Source of the DNA: the human T2T-CHM13v2.0 reference genome, Homo sapiens
Assembly (NCBI RefSeq): GCF_009914755.1
Contig: NC_060932.1
DNA length: 64,000 bases
Strand: one strand, 5' to 3'
Shown: piece by piece, positions 15,354-31,499 of the stretch
Position numbering within the stretch: the first letter of the stretch is position 1
Layout of the letters: each line of letters starts with the position of its first letter
Position numbers and translations under genes: made by a program
Notes under the pieces: generated by a model
Databases searched by the model: none
Seen by the model: the letters and a program-made list of their open reading frames with translations, nothing else
Told to the model about the DNA's origin: nothing

Positions 15354-16000
15354 GTAAAAAACAGAAAAGAAAAAAAGAAATCTCTGGAGGCTTGCCCCCC
15401 TCTCCCCTGTACCCAGGCATATCACCATCCCCTCCCAGATTGAAGCTGGGCTATGGCTTGTTTCAGGACTCAGCAGCCTGGGTTAGTGTCAGGTCGCAGA
15501 TTGTGGTAAGGAAAGCACATACCTCATGAGAAGTTCGAGTCTATAAATCAACATTGGTGAAGATCTTGTACCCACAATGTAAACATGTGGGTTGATGCTT
15601 AGAGCTGTTGTTCTTGCCACTCTGTCCCCTGAGTCAATCCAAACATTGTCATTTCTCTTCTTTAATTTTTTTAAAAGGTACTTTTCCTTCCATATCAAGT
15701 TGTTAAATGTGGCAAGACCACCTTTTCCTGAGAATCAGGGTGGCTTATTTCCAACATAAATGACACAGCCCAACTGTGATCAGAAGAATCAAGTCTGTGG
15801 CCATTCAGAAAATAATCTGTGGTTCAGTGGTTCTAGTCAGTGCCTGTTCGGTGTTGCCCATCATATGACAATGCTTAAAAATCGCTCCTTCAGTTAAGTC
15901 CTTTTCCAAGTGTCTTCTCAGAAGACAAGGCTGTTGAGAGCATTGTTGAGCTCAGCCTTCCTCACCGTGAAAATGTTTTGCTTTTTCTCTCTGGTCCTAG

Positions 16001-16139
16001 AGCCCAACCAGAAAAGCACAAAGGCCAAAGAGTCTCCAGTTGATGGATAATCGGCTATCACCATTTCACGGTTCTTCACCTCCTCAGTCAACACCCTTGA
16101 GCCCACCTCCACTCACTCCCAAAGCCACCAGGACCCTAA
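16001..16139 (+). CDS. DOCK5: DOCK5 coding exon; Pro/Ser-rich
   Basis: cctag|SPTRKAQRPKSLQLMDNRLSPFHGSSPPQSTPLSPPPLTPKATRTL(S)|gtaagt; 139 nt, phase 0-1. Confidence 0.93.
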
Positions 16140-16765
16140 GTAAGTTTTCCTGTATTCCTTATAGTCTTTTTACTAGGGAATGGAGTATGTTTATGCATCT
16201 GGGCAGTTTGTAACTAAACCAGCCAGAATGTATGTAAGACCATTGTAAAACTGGTTCAATTTCGTGTTCGTGTATTATACAGTTAGACTGGAGTTTGGCA
16301 AGGAGGCCACTAGGACTCATTAAACTTTTCTGGATAGTGATCCAAAGGGCATTAGTGTCAGTTTTATAATTGTGAAGGTATAAATGAGGCAGATCTGCAC
16401 TAGGACTAGACAGATAACAAGTAACTTACAAGCTAACCATTAGTTAGGTAGACCTGAACAGGGACAAGAAATAGACCCATTCCATCTACTGCTTATAGTC
16501 TGGCTTGGGGAACCAGCAGTGCACAACACTTGAGAAGAATTGCAAAGTACCCATAGTCCAGAGGCATGGTAGAGGGATAAATCTATCGAGCCAGATGGGA
16601 GACAATTGTCAACCAAGAGTTAGAGATAATCAGTTACAGTTTCCTGGAGGAAGTGGATATTTTCCTAAGCACTTGGGCTATATCAGAGAACAGAATAATA
16701 CCATACATTCCAGAAAATGTTGTCATCTTCAGCTTAATACTAAAACCCTGAACAAAAAAAGTTTT

Positions 16766-17158
<393 letters not shown>

Positions 17159-17297
17159 CTATCCGCAGAAACCATAGAATGTGGCTTTCATCAGTTGGTT
17201 GACCAGGTTGGCTTAGGTGTTACAGTGCCAGCAACATTTCCATGAGCTTCCTTGCTCAGTGCCTCTCTCTGCCGCCTGCACTTTCTGTCATTTCTAG

Positions 17298-17401
17298 GCT
17301 CCCCGTCGTTGCAGACAGATGGAATCGCGGCCACTCCTGTCCCACCTCCACCTCCCCCCAAAAGCAAGCCCTATGAAGGCAGCCAGAGGAACTCCACTGA
17401 G
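17298..17401 (+). CDS. DOCK5: DOCK5 penultimate exon; PxxPxK motif
   Basis: tctag|(S)SPSLQTDGIAATPVPPPPPPKSKPYEGSQRNSTE|gtaggg; 104 nt, phase 1-0. Confidence 0.93.
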
Positions 17402-17658
17402 GTAGGGAAATCACAGCTGGCAACTGTGGCCAGGGAGCGCCACTCCTGGGAAGGCAGCATCAGGTTTTCCAGGCTCTTTAGTGGGCAGGTTTGCTCATAG
17501 ACCTGTCACTGCAGTCGATTCTTGGCTCATTCCTGAAACCACAGGAGATAGAGAAGTTTTCAATGGGAAGGACAGACATGCAAGCAGATGATGAAGGTAG
17601 AGGCAGGTGTTCTCTGTACCTCGTCCTGGGTACCTGTGAAATAAGCCGTGAGTTCTAG

Positions 17659-17965
<307 letters not shown>

Positions 17966-18120
17966 GCCCTCTATTTCACATTTGAAGAGTTTACTTCTTC
18001 TGAATAAAGGACAGTCATTCTGGAGTGACCTCAGATGGGTTTCCTTCAGTCATTTAACAAATGACTTTTAAGTGCCTCCTGTCTATACGCCAGGAACCCA
18101 AGTGTTGGGGATATGGCAGC

Positions 18121-18146
18121 GAGAGAGAGAGAGAGAGAGAGAGAAA

Positions 18147-18201
<55 letters not shown>

Positions 18202-18222
18202 CGCACGCACGCACGCGTGTGT
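18121..18222. repeat. Compound (GA)n-(GT)n-(GC)n microsatellite
   Basis: Read directly. Confidence 0.95.
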
Positions 18223-18405
18223 CTGATTAGCTCATGGGAAACAAGGAGGATAAGTCAGTGTAGTTTTCCATTTCACTTTGCAAAGCCTGTGTAGATAAAC
18301 TCAGATCAATTAGAAGCTAAAGCAGAATATGAGAAATAGGAGGAGAAGGCAGAATTGGGAAGAAAGCTAAGACCTGCTTCTAATTTTGTGTTTCTGCTTC
18401 TGCAG

Positions 18406-18510
18406 CTCGCTCCCCCACTGCCTGTCCGAAGAGAAGCCAAAGCACCACCCCCTCCACCTCCAAAGGCTCGGAAGTCTGGCATCCCTACTTCCGAGCCTGG
18501 ATCCCAGTAA
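18406..18510 (+). CDS. DOCK5: DOCK5 last coding exon to stop codon
   Basis: ctgcag|LAPPLPVRREAKAPPPPPPKARKSGIPTSEPGSQ-TAA; SH3-ligand proline motifs typical of the DOCK1/DOCK5 tail. Confidence 0.94.
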   Translation, partial: LAPPLPVRREAKAPPPPPPKARKSGIPTSEPGSQ

Positions 18511-21500
18511 GGATCTTGCCCTCCCTGCAACACCGAGTGCCTTAGACAGCTGCTGCCTGAGAACTGGCCTCCAGCCGGTGTCCTCATTCCATGGGGCTCC
18601 CTGCTGACTGCATTTCCTGATCTGGGATGATGTTTACCAGCCCAAAACCAGTCATGTTCTTCCAAAAGCTTCTCTTTGATAGAATTTTGAGGCCATGCCA
18701 CCTCCCTTCCAGTCCACATGGAATTCCAGAATCAGTCACAGCCTCTGATTTTTTCCAAGAAGAGATTGCCTTCACCATTGTTAAATGTCAGCCTGTAAGG
18801 CAGAGACATGGTGGTCTGCACAAGCCTGGACAAGTTCTTCCATATTGATGGTGGAGCAACCCCTGTAATCTACTCCTTGGAAGGATTTTTTGCTTTGCTT
18901 ATGAAAAGCTGTGCTTGAGACTTAGGTACTTTTCTCACGTGGACACACTGATCCCATCCCATATTGCATCTTTGAAGAGATGGATATCAAGTACACTTTG
19001 GTAGCTGAAATAATCATATCTTTCTGATGTCTATTGTATCTCCTTTGAGGAAAAGAACACACATTTTTAATGGAGATTGGCTGCTTTCAGGTATGTGTGT
19101 CTATCATTGAAAGAGCATGGACTCAAACATCAGCCCTGAGTTCTTGAGTCCACCCAACTCCCATCTTCTTGTGGCACAGGAAAGCTGCCCTCTCCCTCTC
19201 CCACCACACTCCTGACTAATGGCCTTCACTGCGTCGCAGTCACTCCTTCCCTACGGACTTCTTTGAAGCTCTTCCTTTTGCACATACGGCTTTTTTTTTT
19301 TTTTTTTTTTTTTTTGTCCTATTACCTCCTCTGAGCGCAAATCACTGGCTACAAGGGACTTACCAGTCTGGATTCAGCAGTTTCTTTTCTAAAACCCATT
19401 TGGGTGACTCAGCAGCCGCATCTGCTACCTGATTTTATCCTGGAGAATACAGTGCAATATTTCTCTTTGATTATTTATTCCTCTTGATTGTGGAATTAAT
19501 TTGATTGCTTGCTAATGGTACTAGTAGTACTCCTTTCAGAAGAAAAAATGGAGCGATTTAGGTGACCAAATATTACATACATAAATAGCCACATGAAGTT
19601 TTAGACGTTTGGACTTGAAGCCTCAAAGATCAACCAACCAGTCCCCTTATTTAGTAAATAAGGAAATTGAGGCTACACACAGAAAATTGTACTACAGATT
19701 ATTACTAATAACCCAGCTTGCTAAATTAGGCTATACCTAGGTAATCTCTAGAAGACAACTCTGACAGACTCTTTAATATTTACCCCTGGTTGGAACAATA
19801 TTTGAAATGTCCCAGATATTTCTATGCTACTTAGATATTTGTGGCAAAGCAGAAAGCTTTTTGACTGTGAAGGCAGAGGTCAGCACTGGGGGAAACTTGC
19901 TGGTGGTCTCTCCCACAACCTTGCCCAGAGTCCTTTCCACTAAGGAGGTGAAGAGAACAGAGAAAGAGATTTCCATTTCTGCTGCCAGAGCTGGTATTTG
20001 CCTGCCTGATTCTCTGTGTTTCCTGTTTCACCGCCACCCTTTCAGGAGAGAACTACACCAGTTCATCATGAGGGTCAGGGAAGCAAAAGCTCTCAGATGT
20101 GTCCAGGGCGTTACTTAAGAAATGAGTATGCAGATTCTGGAAGGGGTGTGGAAAAGGTGATCCTTTACCCCCACCCAGGAAAACCTGCATTGTGCTAGCA
20201 TGGAAGAATCATGGGCTTTGGAATTAAACCCATTTGGTGGAATTAAACCCATTTGGTTTCAAATCCCAGTTATGACATCTGTTAACTTTGCAAACTCACA
20301 AAAATTATTTGAAATTATCTGAGTTTTCATTTTCTCACCTTCCAGAATGGGGATAATGCCTCCTGCATCGGTTGTTGTGAGGTTTCAATGAGATGAAATA
20401 TGGGAAAGAAGAGGTACTCACCTGATGGTCCCTGCTTTCCTCTGCTAGGCCTGAGTAGGAACTGGAACTCTCTAAGAGCATTACTCATACTTTTTTTTTC
20501 TTCCAAGGTAGTTTGGAATGTGAGTGCAAGTTAGTTCTGCACATACAGCCCTTCTCCAAATGGTGGTTTCCTTTGAGGTCTTTTACATGATTATTTATGA
20601 CTAGAGACAAACTTAATAAGAACTCAAGAGGATTTTAAATGGAGAGAACTCAAGCTGTAGAGAAAGGAGGAGGCAACAGACAGGATATGTAGGGGCTTAC
20701 CTAGAGCCTGGCACGACTTCTGAGAAGTCACCCAGCAGACCGGCTAGAGGGGATTTGTGTGCCACACTCTACTTGCCGGGCTGCCATTAAAATAGAAAGA
20801 TATAAAACTGGGTCACCAAAAAAACCAAACCTCAAGGCTATCCTTCCAGAGCAGTAGAAATGAGTCCCACAGCCTGGTCTTTGAGCAGAGGCTGGGAAGA
20901 TAGGATACATCACTGTCTGGATACCTTCTCTTTTTAATAGAATATATTCCGTATGATTCCCTTTCCACCTTAATGGAAATAATAGCTCTCTCCTGCCTGA
21001 ACAAAAGGGATTCCAGGTAGTATTGTGGCTAAGAGATTACAGCGGACGATGGAAGGTTCATTTTTTAGGGAAGGTGTTGGGTAGGAAGAGTCACATTTGA
21101 CAGAATTCATAAATAATGTGTCCTGAAGTCAGAGGATGACTGCAAAGAAACACCTCATGATTCCATTAAATATAAAGAGATAAGGAGCAAGGAGGAAAAA
21201 AGAGAAAGAATTGGTCTTTATTTTTCTTGCTAAGAACTCTCTGGAGTATTGAAAGACATTGAAATTATCCCTAAAATTGTCACAACTTTTGTGAATACTG
21301 GTATACGGTTGGAGGTGTTTTTAAATCTTTATTTCCTCTCTTTCTTTGTTCTAGTGACTTGTCTTGCTTTAAGATTTTTTTTAAAGAATTGTTTTATTCA
21401 ACATATATCAAGTTCTTATGGAATGCCAGTCATGGTACTAGCCCCTTGGGATGTAGTGGTTGAGTGTGTTCAATGGAAACAGCCCCAGTATACAAAGACA

Positions 21501-22937
21501 GTTCACTCTGGTGTGCTGTAGGATTGGAAAGGGAGTGGTACCAGATGAAAATGAAACCCTAAAGAAGACTGCTGGGCCATGAGTTGCTTCCTCCTCCTCC
21601 ACCTTAACCCTCTGATTCCAGAATTGCAGTCATTTTCTTCTGCCAAGGAAATCCATTAAAAACTGCAGCCACACTGCAATTTCCTAATGTAGAACAAGAT
21701 ATAAAGCAGGCTTTGAGACAACAACCTACCTTTGTTTACTCTTTCCAAGCTGGAAGAGTCCTTCTCCTCTAGTTGCCCCTAGGTCACTGGCTAATTTATT
21801 TTAAAATTTAGATGGAACTCATGTATAGTTAAGTGCACAAATCTTAGCCGTGCAGATGGGTAATTTTCACATAGCTATTTGCCCACATCCGTGCCTCTAA
21901 GATAGAGACATACACTGTTTTCAGCACCCCAGAAAGTTCCCACATGCCCATGGTGCCATTTTGTGAAAGGTATTTATAAGGCCCTTCAAATTTGTGGCTT
22001 CCTTTCTCATACTTCTCAGGTATAATGAAAGGGGGAGAAAAACCCCACCATCAACACAAAACAAGGCTATAAAGACTGTGCACCTTTTAACAAGTCAATT
22101 TGTAGTCAGTCCCTGGGCCTGTCTTTTTTTTTTTTTTTTTTTTTTTTTAATTTTGAAGCTACCTGAGGTTTAGAATTCCTTCAGCCCTAGCTGCTTTTAT
22201 TCTGCTTTTTATTTAAACAAAAAGAGGGGGAGGATCTGAAGGAAACTAGTTTTCTGTACAAAGGCTTTGAGGTCCATGGACTATACTTGTCCCATTTATC
22301 ATCCCAGGTGGTGCTTTGACCCTGCCATACCCTGGCTATTAAGATAAAAAGATTTGTGGACATTAAAATTATGAATATGTCAGTAATAATCCAGCACACA
22401 TTGAAATATTGACACAGATTACCATAATTTGTGCAACATCTTATAAACAATGTCATTTCCATAGTAGTCTAAGGCTTCACCAGCCTGGCCCACTGTATCT
22501 AGACTTTAGGTTCATTTTAATAATTATGCTTTCCTTCTCTGTATCATTTGGGAAGTTGATAAATATCACTTCCTTAGATACCTTCATTCAGTGATATATC
22601 TGGCTTTTACAATTAAATTGGAAAAGGTAAGTTTCTCTTTGGTGGGTTGAGAGTTGGACCATCAATTCTAATCTACAAAAGGAAATTCATGATTTCACTC
22701 TGACGCCTAGGATCTAGCCAAGGCTGGTCTGCAGTATCAGATGTCCAAACTCATCTACTATTAGCCATATTTTGTGAGTCGTTTGTCTAAACTTTGTCAA
22801 AAATGCCTTTGCCATGATTTTGTTGCTATCTGGATTTCAAACATGGACAGTTAGGAAGATGTGCATTGAAGTAGGAAAATTTTGTTCAGATTTGCTGTTA
22901 TTTATTTTTTAAATTAAAAATGGAAATGTATTTTAAA
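18511..22937 (+). other. DOCK5: DOCK5 3'UTR (3' end approximate)
   Basis: Follows the stop codon, is Alu-free, and ends at ATTAAA followed by a GU-rich element. Confidence 0.7.
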
Positions 22938-22960
22938 GTTTATTGTGTGTTTAGTTTGTT
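22913..22960 (+). terminator. Probable main DOCK5 polyadenylation signal
   Basis: U-rich upstream sequence, ATTAAA at 22913-18, then TTTATTGTGTGTTTAGTTTG downstream element. Confidence 0.7.
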
Positions 22961-23656
22961 ATTGCCCTTAAGTTGATGAAATCATTCCTGAACTTGGCAG
23001 TTTTTCCTTATCCATGCCTCCTTCATGACACATCACACCTAGCATTTTTCTGGCTTGTTTCCTTACAGGTCCTGTTAGGTTAAACCTGCACTGTGGGGTC
23101 CTGGAGTCATCTTTGCCCAGAAATAAGAAAAATTACAAACCACTTGCTTCCTTTCACCCTATCTATTTTTTTTTCTATCTAGGCTGACAGTTTTCTGATA
23201 GCAATTCATTTAATGTACATAGGTTCTGTTTCTTTACCCATTCCCCATAGATATTTAGACAGGTAAAGAGAGAAATAAAAAGGTTAAAGGGGATATCTAA
23301 TAACTTACATGAAAAGGATAGGAACTGGTTCTAAAATGGTTGAATGTTTGTATCACCTGGGGAGAGGCCATTCCCAGACCAATTACATCAGAATTTCTGA
23401 GGGTGGGGAGTAAGATCCCAGGCATCCATATTTCTTTAAAGTCCCTCCCAAGTTATTCCAATGCTAGACCAAGGTTGGAAAACCACCACATAAAGGAAAT
23501 GAGACTTTAGAAAATTGGTATTTAAGATGTGTTTCATAAAATCCCTGCTGGTGGTGGGTCAAGTTGGAGAGAGGGAAGGGGCAGTCACACCTGTATTAGC
23601 ACCACTGTTTAGTCCTGAGCTTATGCTTACGATTTTTTTTCCCCCAAGAAAGTGTT

Positions 23657-24150
<494 letters not shown>

Positions 24151-26479
24151 AGTGTTCCAGTGCTTTGCTTTTTAGAAGCAATAATGCTTCACTGTGTTCA
24201 TATGATTTGTAAGAGTCACGCTTCTTGAAAACACCACAGCGTTTGGGCCGTAAATACTAACTTGACAGATCTGGGTAATCTTTTGGCTCTAGGATCCCCA
24301 TAGAGAAATACTATAAAGTGTCTTCCTCTGTCAAAATCCAAGTGCTATTATCTTATGCAGTGATTCTTGGCTTTTTTCCAGTCATCTGTAAGCTACTGCA
24401 ACTTCTAAAAGTTTTGCTAAAATGATCTATTTTTGAACCATTTTTTTTACTACTTGATCATTTAAAGCCATATGTATTTGAGAACTCATCTCATTAAATG
24501 TATCATTTGATATGTTTCCCTACCCTTTATTATGAAAGGCTTAGGATTTTTTTTTTCTTAAAGCTACATTGATGAGTTAGAGTCTTCAGATTCAGTGTTT
24601 ATGATTTTTATAAGGAGGCCATTTTCATTTTCAAAATGGGGTCTCACTCTGTTGTCCAGGCTAAAGTCAGTGTTGCAATCATGGCTCACTGCAGCCTCAA
24701 ACTGGGCTCAAGCAATCCTTATGCCTCAGCCTCCTAAGTAGCTGGAACTACTGGTGTGAGCCACCATGCTCAGCTCCAAAGTGGCCATTTTCACTCTCCT
24801 CCTTCCCGTTAGTTATTTGGGCCATTGGAGCATCAAGGGTACCTCCTGAAAGCCTCTAACATCAGCATCAGGCAGTTGGATGAGCATCTTTTTATCCCAT
24901 TCAAGGGAGGCCTGCAGCTGGCCCTCAAGAAATTGTCCCAAAGACAAACTTTGGCTAAGGAAATCTGATGCTTCACACAGGATATGTAAGTTAAGTGGGT
25001 GTGTTGCTTTTTGTTAATGTGTTAAGTAATGTGAAGATTGTATACTGTTTTCATTAAAAAAAAAGTCACCGGGTAATTGGCTAATGGAAGCCTCTCATCT
25101 TGCTCACATGTATTGATTAATGAAATAATGCAGTTTTGCTTTTGTTTCATAAAGCAGGTTGTGGATCACATCATTGCCTAATTTTATTAAAGACGGAGTG
25201 AAGACATTATTTGATTCCACTTTAGAGACTCTTCCAATGGAGGTATTTGGGAAACCTGTCATTGTGCAGTAGCAAATATTTGTATTAAAAAGAGGCGGTT
25301 TTCCCCCACGGGATGTTTCTCACCCCTGTTCAAATTTCTTAGCATAAGTCTTTCCTTTTTTGAGGGAGCAGGGTAGGGGGTAGGGAGGCGAGTTCATTTG
25401 ATTAAAAGAGGAAAAAGGGCTTAGATCTTTGACAGGTCAGTTTGTTACTGAGACATTGGGCAAGTTATCTGAAATTTGTTTTTTTTTTTCCAATGGTCTC
25501 ATAGCCACTTGGAAGTTATGTGGCTAAATGAGAACATCAATGTCATAGTGTCTGGGGCCTTATGGAGGATTAGTCATTGCTAAATCTACATTGACCTATG
25601 AACCCTAGTTTCCTGTTTCAGCTCCAATGGACAAAATAACCCAGCCTCCAAAGTCCAGTTCTGTTAGCTGCTCATCATAGGGCAATACTAGAATAGTGAA
25701 CATGGAACCAAACATGGCTGGGTCTCTTAAACTCTCTGAGCCCGTTTCCTCATTTTAAAGCAAAGGCAATACTAACTACAATCCAAGGTTCTTATGATGG
25801 TTAGTAAAAATATCTGTGCACATATGTAGCACAAAGCCTGCCCCTGGTCTTTTTGGAGAAAGAATGGTGGCAATGCTATCTGACCAGGGGACATAGGAAC
25901 AATAGAGTCCCATCTCCAACGGTCTGTCTGTACTCCATTGTGTTTCTTAAATGCAAACCAAACAGATCAAGCAGATGAACACTCTATTATTTTTTAGGTC
26001 TCAGTCCCAACCCTCAGTGTGCACCACTTGGATAGATTGCGTGGGACCAGAAGGAGCGCTGGACTAGGAGTCCTTGGAGGCCCCCTCTCCTTACCCCCAG
26101 GCCTCATTTGGGTTCCAGTAAACTTTCAAAGGGTTTGGAGACGATCAAGGGAGGGAACTTCTTTCCAAGTGGAAGAAAGCCTTGGCCGTGGCCCCACCTC
26201 AACTTCTGAAGAGTATGGTCGAAGATAAAGTTATAATCCCAGAGAAACTGGAGCTGAATCAGCTTTTTCTGGCTGGACCAGTATGTGGCTGTTCTGCTTG
26301 TGGGTAGATGCAGGGTATGGGTGCTGGAGAGCCTGAGATCCCTTTTGTCAACAACAGACACTTTATCTTACCTGCCCTCCCATCTGCCACCTGTATACAC
26401 ACATGGAGGGCTCCCTTTGGTGGGTTTACAGTGATCCTTCCCCCGGAGTTCTGAGTTGGAGAAAGATTTAACAGGTATG

Positions 26480-26644
26480 CCACTTCATTCACAACACAGC
26501 ACTTTATTATGGAATATGTGCAACTTGGTGTAAGGATTTCTGAAATTCATACCATTTACAGGTATTTAATGGGTTATAAATTTTCAATGTCAGAATTATA
26601 CTTAAGTCATGTTAGTAATGGTCATTCCTTCTGGCCCAATGGAT
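26480..26644 (-). other. GNRH1: GNRH1 exon 4 3'UTR with AATAAA (26508-26503); 3' end approximate
   Basis: + strand TTTATT at 26503-08, about 140 nt past the stop codon. Confidence 0.85.
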
Positions 26645-26686
26645 TTAAATCTTCTTCTGCCCAGTTTCCTCTTCAATCAGACTTTC
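26645..26686 (-). CDS. GNRH1: GNRH1 exon 4 coding part (GAP C-terminus)
   Basis: tttcag|ESLIEEETGQKKI-TAA. Confidence 0.96.
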   Translation of the reverse strand, partial: ESLIEEETGQKKI

Positions 26687-26809
26687 CTGAAAAATATATA
26701 ACAAATATATCAAGACTGACTTTACCAGCTGAATTTCATTACATTTTGACATTTTAATTTCTAAAATATCAGTCTGGAAGGAATTGGTCTGTTTGATTTT
26801 GTGCTCTAG

Positions 26810-27160
<351 letters not shown>

Positions 27161-27343
27161 TAAGCACTTAATATACATAAAATCTACATTAATAGTTTAA
27201 GGATGAGTTGTGAGGAAGGAAGTGAAAAAAAAGTCTGGTCAATTACTTTGCTATTAAACCAGCCTTTGCTTCAATTTCTTCATAATGTCATGTTTGACAA
27301 ATTTCACTGCTTGCCATTTTTGTAATGCAGTAAGCAAGATTAG

Positions 27344-27707
<364 letters not shown>

Positions 27708-27847
27708 TTATTTTTATATATGATTTATTTGGGCTTTCCCAGCTCCTAGGCATAACTGATCATTAACTGTAATGCCTTCTGATTGCTGCAGATAAGTGGA
27801 CAATAGAGATCAGAGAATATCAACATTGAATCCAAGATTCAACTTAA

Positions 27848-28125
27848 GTCAGGCACAGTGGCTTGCACCTTTAATCCCAGCACTTTGGGAGGATCTTGAG
27901 GCTGGGAGTTTGAGACCAGCCTGGGCAACATAGACCCTGTCTCTACAAAAAATTAAAAAATAAAATCAGCTGGGTGTGGTGGCAAGTGCTTATAGTCCCA
28001 GCTACTAGAGAGGCTAATCTAGTCTCCAGAATTGCTTGAGCCTGGGAGGTTGAGGCTGTGGTGAGCATTGATTGCACCATTGCACTCTAGCCCGGGGAAC
28101 AGAGCAAGATCCTGTCTCAACAAAT
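27848..28125 (+). mobile_element. AluJ
   Basis: Diverged dimeric Alu. Confidence 0.85.
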
Positions 28126-28792
28126 AATTTTTTTAAAAGATTCAATTTATACATTCAATTCTCTTTATACTTTTTCATCAAAAACCTAATATGATTAGTG
28201 TATTTCCATTTTGGGGGGCGGAATTTGGAGGTGATTATTGTCCTATCAGGAAACTGGAAATCAAGTCCATCACTCTCTAAATTATAAATTTAGTAGTTTG
28301 GCATTTTTCATTCCAAAGAAGAGAAAAAAAAACCCATCTACAGCAGTGTTTCTCATGTCTCTATTCCCCAAGGTTCTGGAAAACCATGTAAGATAAAGCA
28401 CAGTTGCAGGATCAGGTGGAGGGCTGTGGAGTAGCCTGGAGTGGAGTAGTCTAGGGGGTTTGGTGATTTTACTTGAAGAAATGAAATGCAGCAGTGGGAA
28501 GAAATTTGTTTTGTTAGTTATCCCAAAAGCTAGAACCAGGATTAAGAGATAAAAGTTACAGAGAGATTTCAATTCAACTTCAGAAAAAACAAACAAACAA
28601 AAAAACGTTTCAGCCCCTAGTGCTGTCTAACCACCAACTGGGATTGTCATGAAACACGGTCCTACCACAGGAGGTAACAGAGGAGTCAGGAATGTAAGCC
28701 CCACAGTATCTGGGAGGTAGCTGTCCTAAGTGATCCCCAAAGGCTTATCCACCTCTAGAGCTCTATGCTGTGATCATGTTATGATCACTTTA

Positions 28793-29041
<249 letters not shown>

Positions 29042-29498
29042 TTAAGGACACAGATCTGCCATCTGACATTTCTACTGAATGGCATGGGGATCTGGAGATA
29101 ATGGAGACAGTAAGAAGATATCATATTTTCCCCTTAAAGATGAAAAGAGGGAGGCACTTTGAGCCTCATGAGAGTCAGTATACCCAAAAAAACAAAAAGC
29201 AAAAAACCCCCAAGAGTTTATAGTTGTAAAAAAAGGTTGGTTTTTATTTTCTAGGTTTTACTAAATATGTTATAGTTCAATGAGATTTGCTTCATGTATA
29301 ACCTGCAGAGAAGAGGCTTCAGATTCTGGGTCTTCTTTAATACTAAATTATCTTTATTATTTCTCAGAAAAGAGATAATTCCTTCCAATGATAATGAAAT
29401 GATTTAAAATTTTTCCCATTCTCAGTCCTAGGTTATTTTTCAGGTTAATCAGCTAACATAGATGGCTTCTTTCCTTACATGACCCTGATGAGTGGTCA

Positions 29499-29785
<287 letters not shown>

Positions 29786-30385
29786 CAAAAAACAAGAAAG
29801 CAAGTACCTCACGTTAGTGTTGGTGCCAGTCCTATAATCTAATCTATATGAATTTAAATCAGCATGTTTTCTACTACGTTATCTTATCATCTTGAGTTTG
29901 CTAATTCCTGTATTCTACCAGTCTCCAACTTTGCTTAAATGCCCCTATCAGTGAAAAGAAATTATAGGGCATGCATCCTTGATAAGGATACTCATTTATA
30001 AATTATAAAAATGTACTGATCTAATAGCATAGATATGTTTAAAAGATGAAATGAGGAAAAAAAAAACGAAGTTCTAACGTTTTTTCCAAATCCCAAAGAA
30101 TCATCTTCTGATACAGACCTTGACCCTATCCCATTGTTTCTAATTCCTTTAGCAATCCCATACACTCAGAGTATGACGTGCTGTCTCACACTTGTTGCTA
30201 TTAATATATTCTTTTGGAATTTTTCCAGCTCTTTGTTTAGTCCCTGTGTGAACTGAAAGTAGGAATGGGACTTCTACTTTGTAAGTGCCTTATCTCACCT
30301 GGAGCATCTAGGGTACAACATCATAGAATATTGACATTGGGGCTATCCTGAATGTTTAATATAGTTAAATTGAATCAAATCACTA

Positions 30386-30583
<198 letters not shown>

Positions 30584-31426
30584 TTAGATCCAGACAAGGT
30601 TGAGTATAAACTAAAAGACCTCTTTAGTGAAAAAGCTAGCATCTGTATCACTAACCCTGCAGAAGATGGAAGTCAGAGTCAGTTTTTACATACAGACACT
30701 GAAACTCAGAGACACTTGCTGGCTTGCCTTTAGTTTCTTAGCCACTGGGGACAAAATGAGTACTTAAGCTCACATGTTCAGGACCTTTTTAGTACTAAAA
30801 TAGTCTATACTTTTATTTTTATTGTTTGGTTATCCAAACCCCATAATTCATCCCTTATCAAGTTCATCATTTTGCCTTAACATTTCCCCTGTTGTGGATT
30901 GGTCTTCAACTCTTTCATTCCTGAGATAAAGAGAACTGAGTCATCTGTTAAGAAAAGTAGCTCCTACTAGGAATCTCTGGCTAATATAAAATTGCTTGAC
31001 ATTACATGGCTACCCCATGGTACTAATGACATTTTTCTATTTATCCTTCAGTCTTCCTAGCATTACTGCTGGCTGAACCATCTGTGGGAGAGAGGACTCA
31101 ACACTGTTCAAAGTAGTTAGTCCCAGACCAGATGCCTTCCTAGCCAAGGGGGCCTCTAATTTTCTAATGAAATGTGTCTCCAAGTTAATTTTCATTTGAT
31201 GGGAAAGAGGCTAAAAACTAAATCAAACACTGGTCGATAAGCTGTGGGAGTCCCCAAAGCCTGGATCTCTGTGGCTGGTGATGGCAAGGACAGTGAAGGA
31301 CAGGACATCATTAGATACCGTCACACCTGGATTTAGCCCTTGGGCTGTCAAATGCCCTGTAGACATACAATAGCATGCAATCTAAAGAAGAAAAACTCGT
31401 GCTAGAAATAATACAAAGCCTTTTAC

Positions 31427-31487
31427 CTGTTTAGAGGCAGAGAGCCAAAAAGATCCCAATCTTCCCTTGAAGTAGGTTGAGTACTGT
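31427..31487 (-). other. GNRH1: GNRH1 non-coding exon 1 (TATA-directed start ~31487; longer forms may start near 31580)
   Basis: Donor aaacag|gtaaaa at 31427/31426 gives an 869-nt intron A; TATAAAAA begins ~32 nt upstream of the inferred start. Confidence 0.8.
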
Positions 31488-31499
31488 GACTTTTCTGTT

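Noticed and set aside
18306-18719. 137-aa antisense ORF over the last DOCK5 exon
   Set aside because: The Gly-rich stretch mirrors the Pro codons of the sense strand; no promoter or domain evidence
19807-20118. 103-aa ORF in the DOCK5 3'UTR
   Set aside because: No recognisable domain or splice structure; length is compatible with chance; would need Ribo-seq or PhyloCSF support
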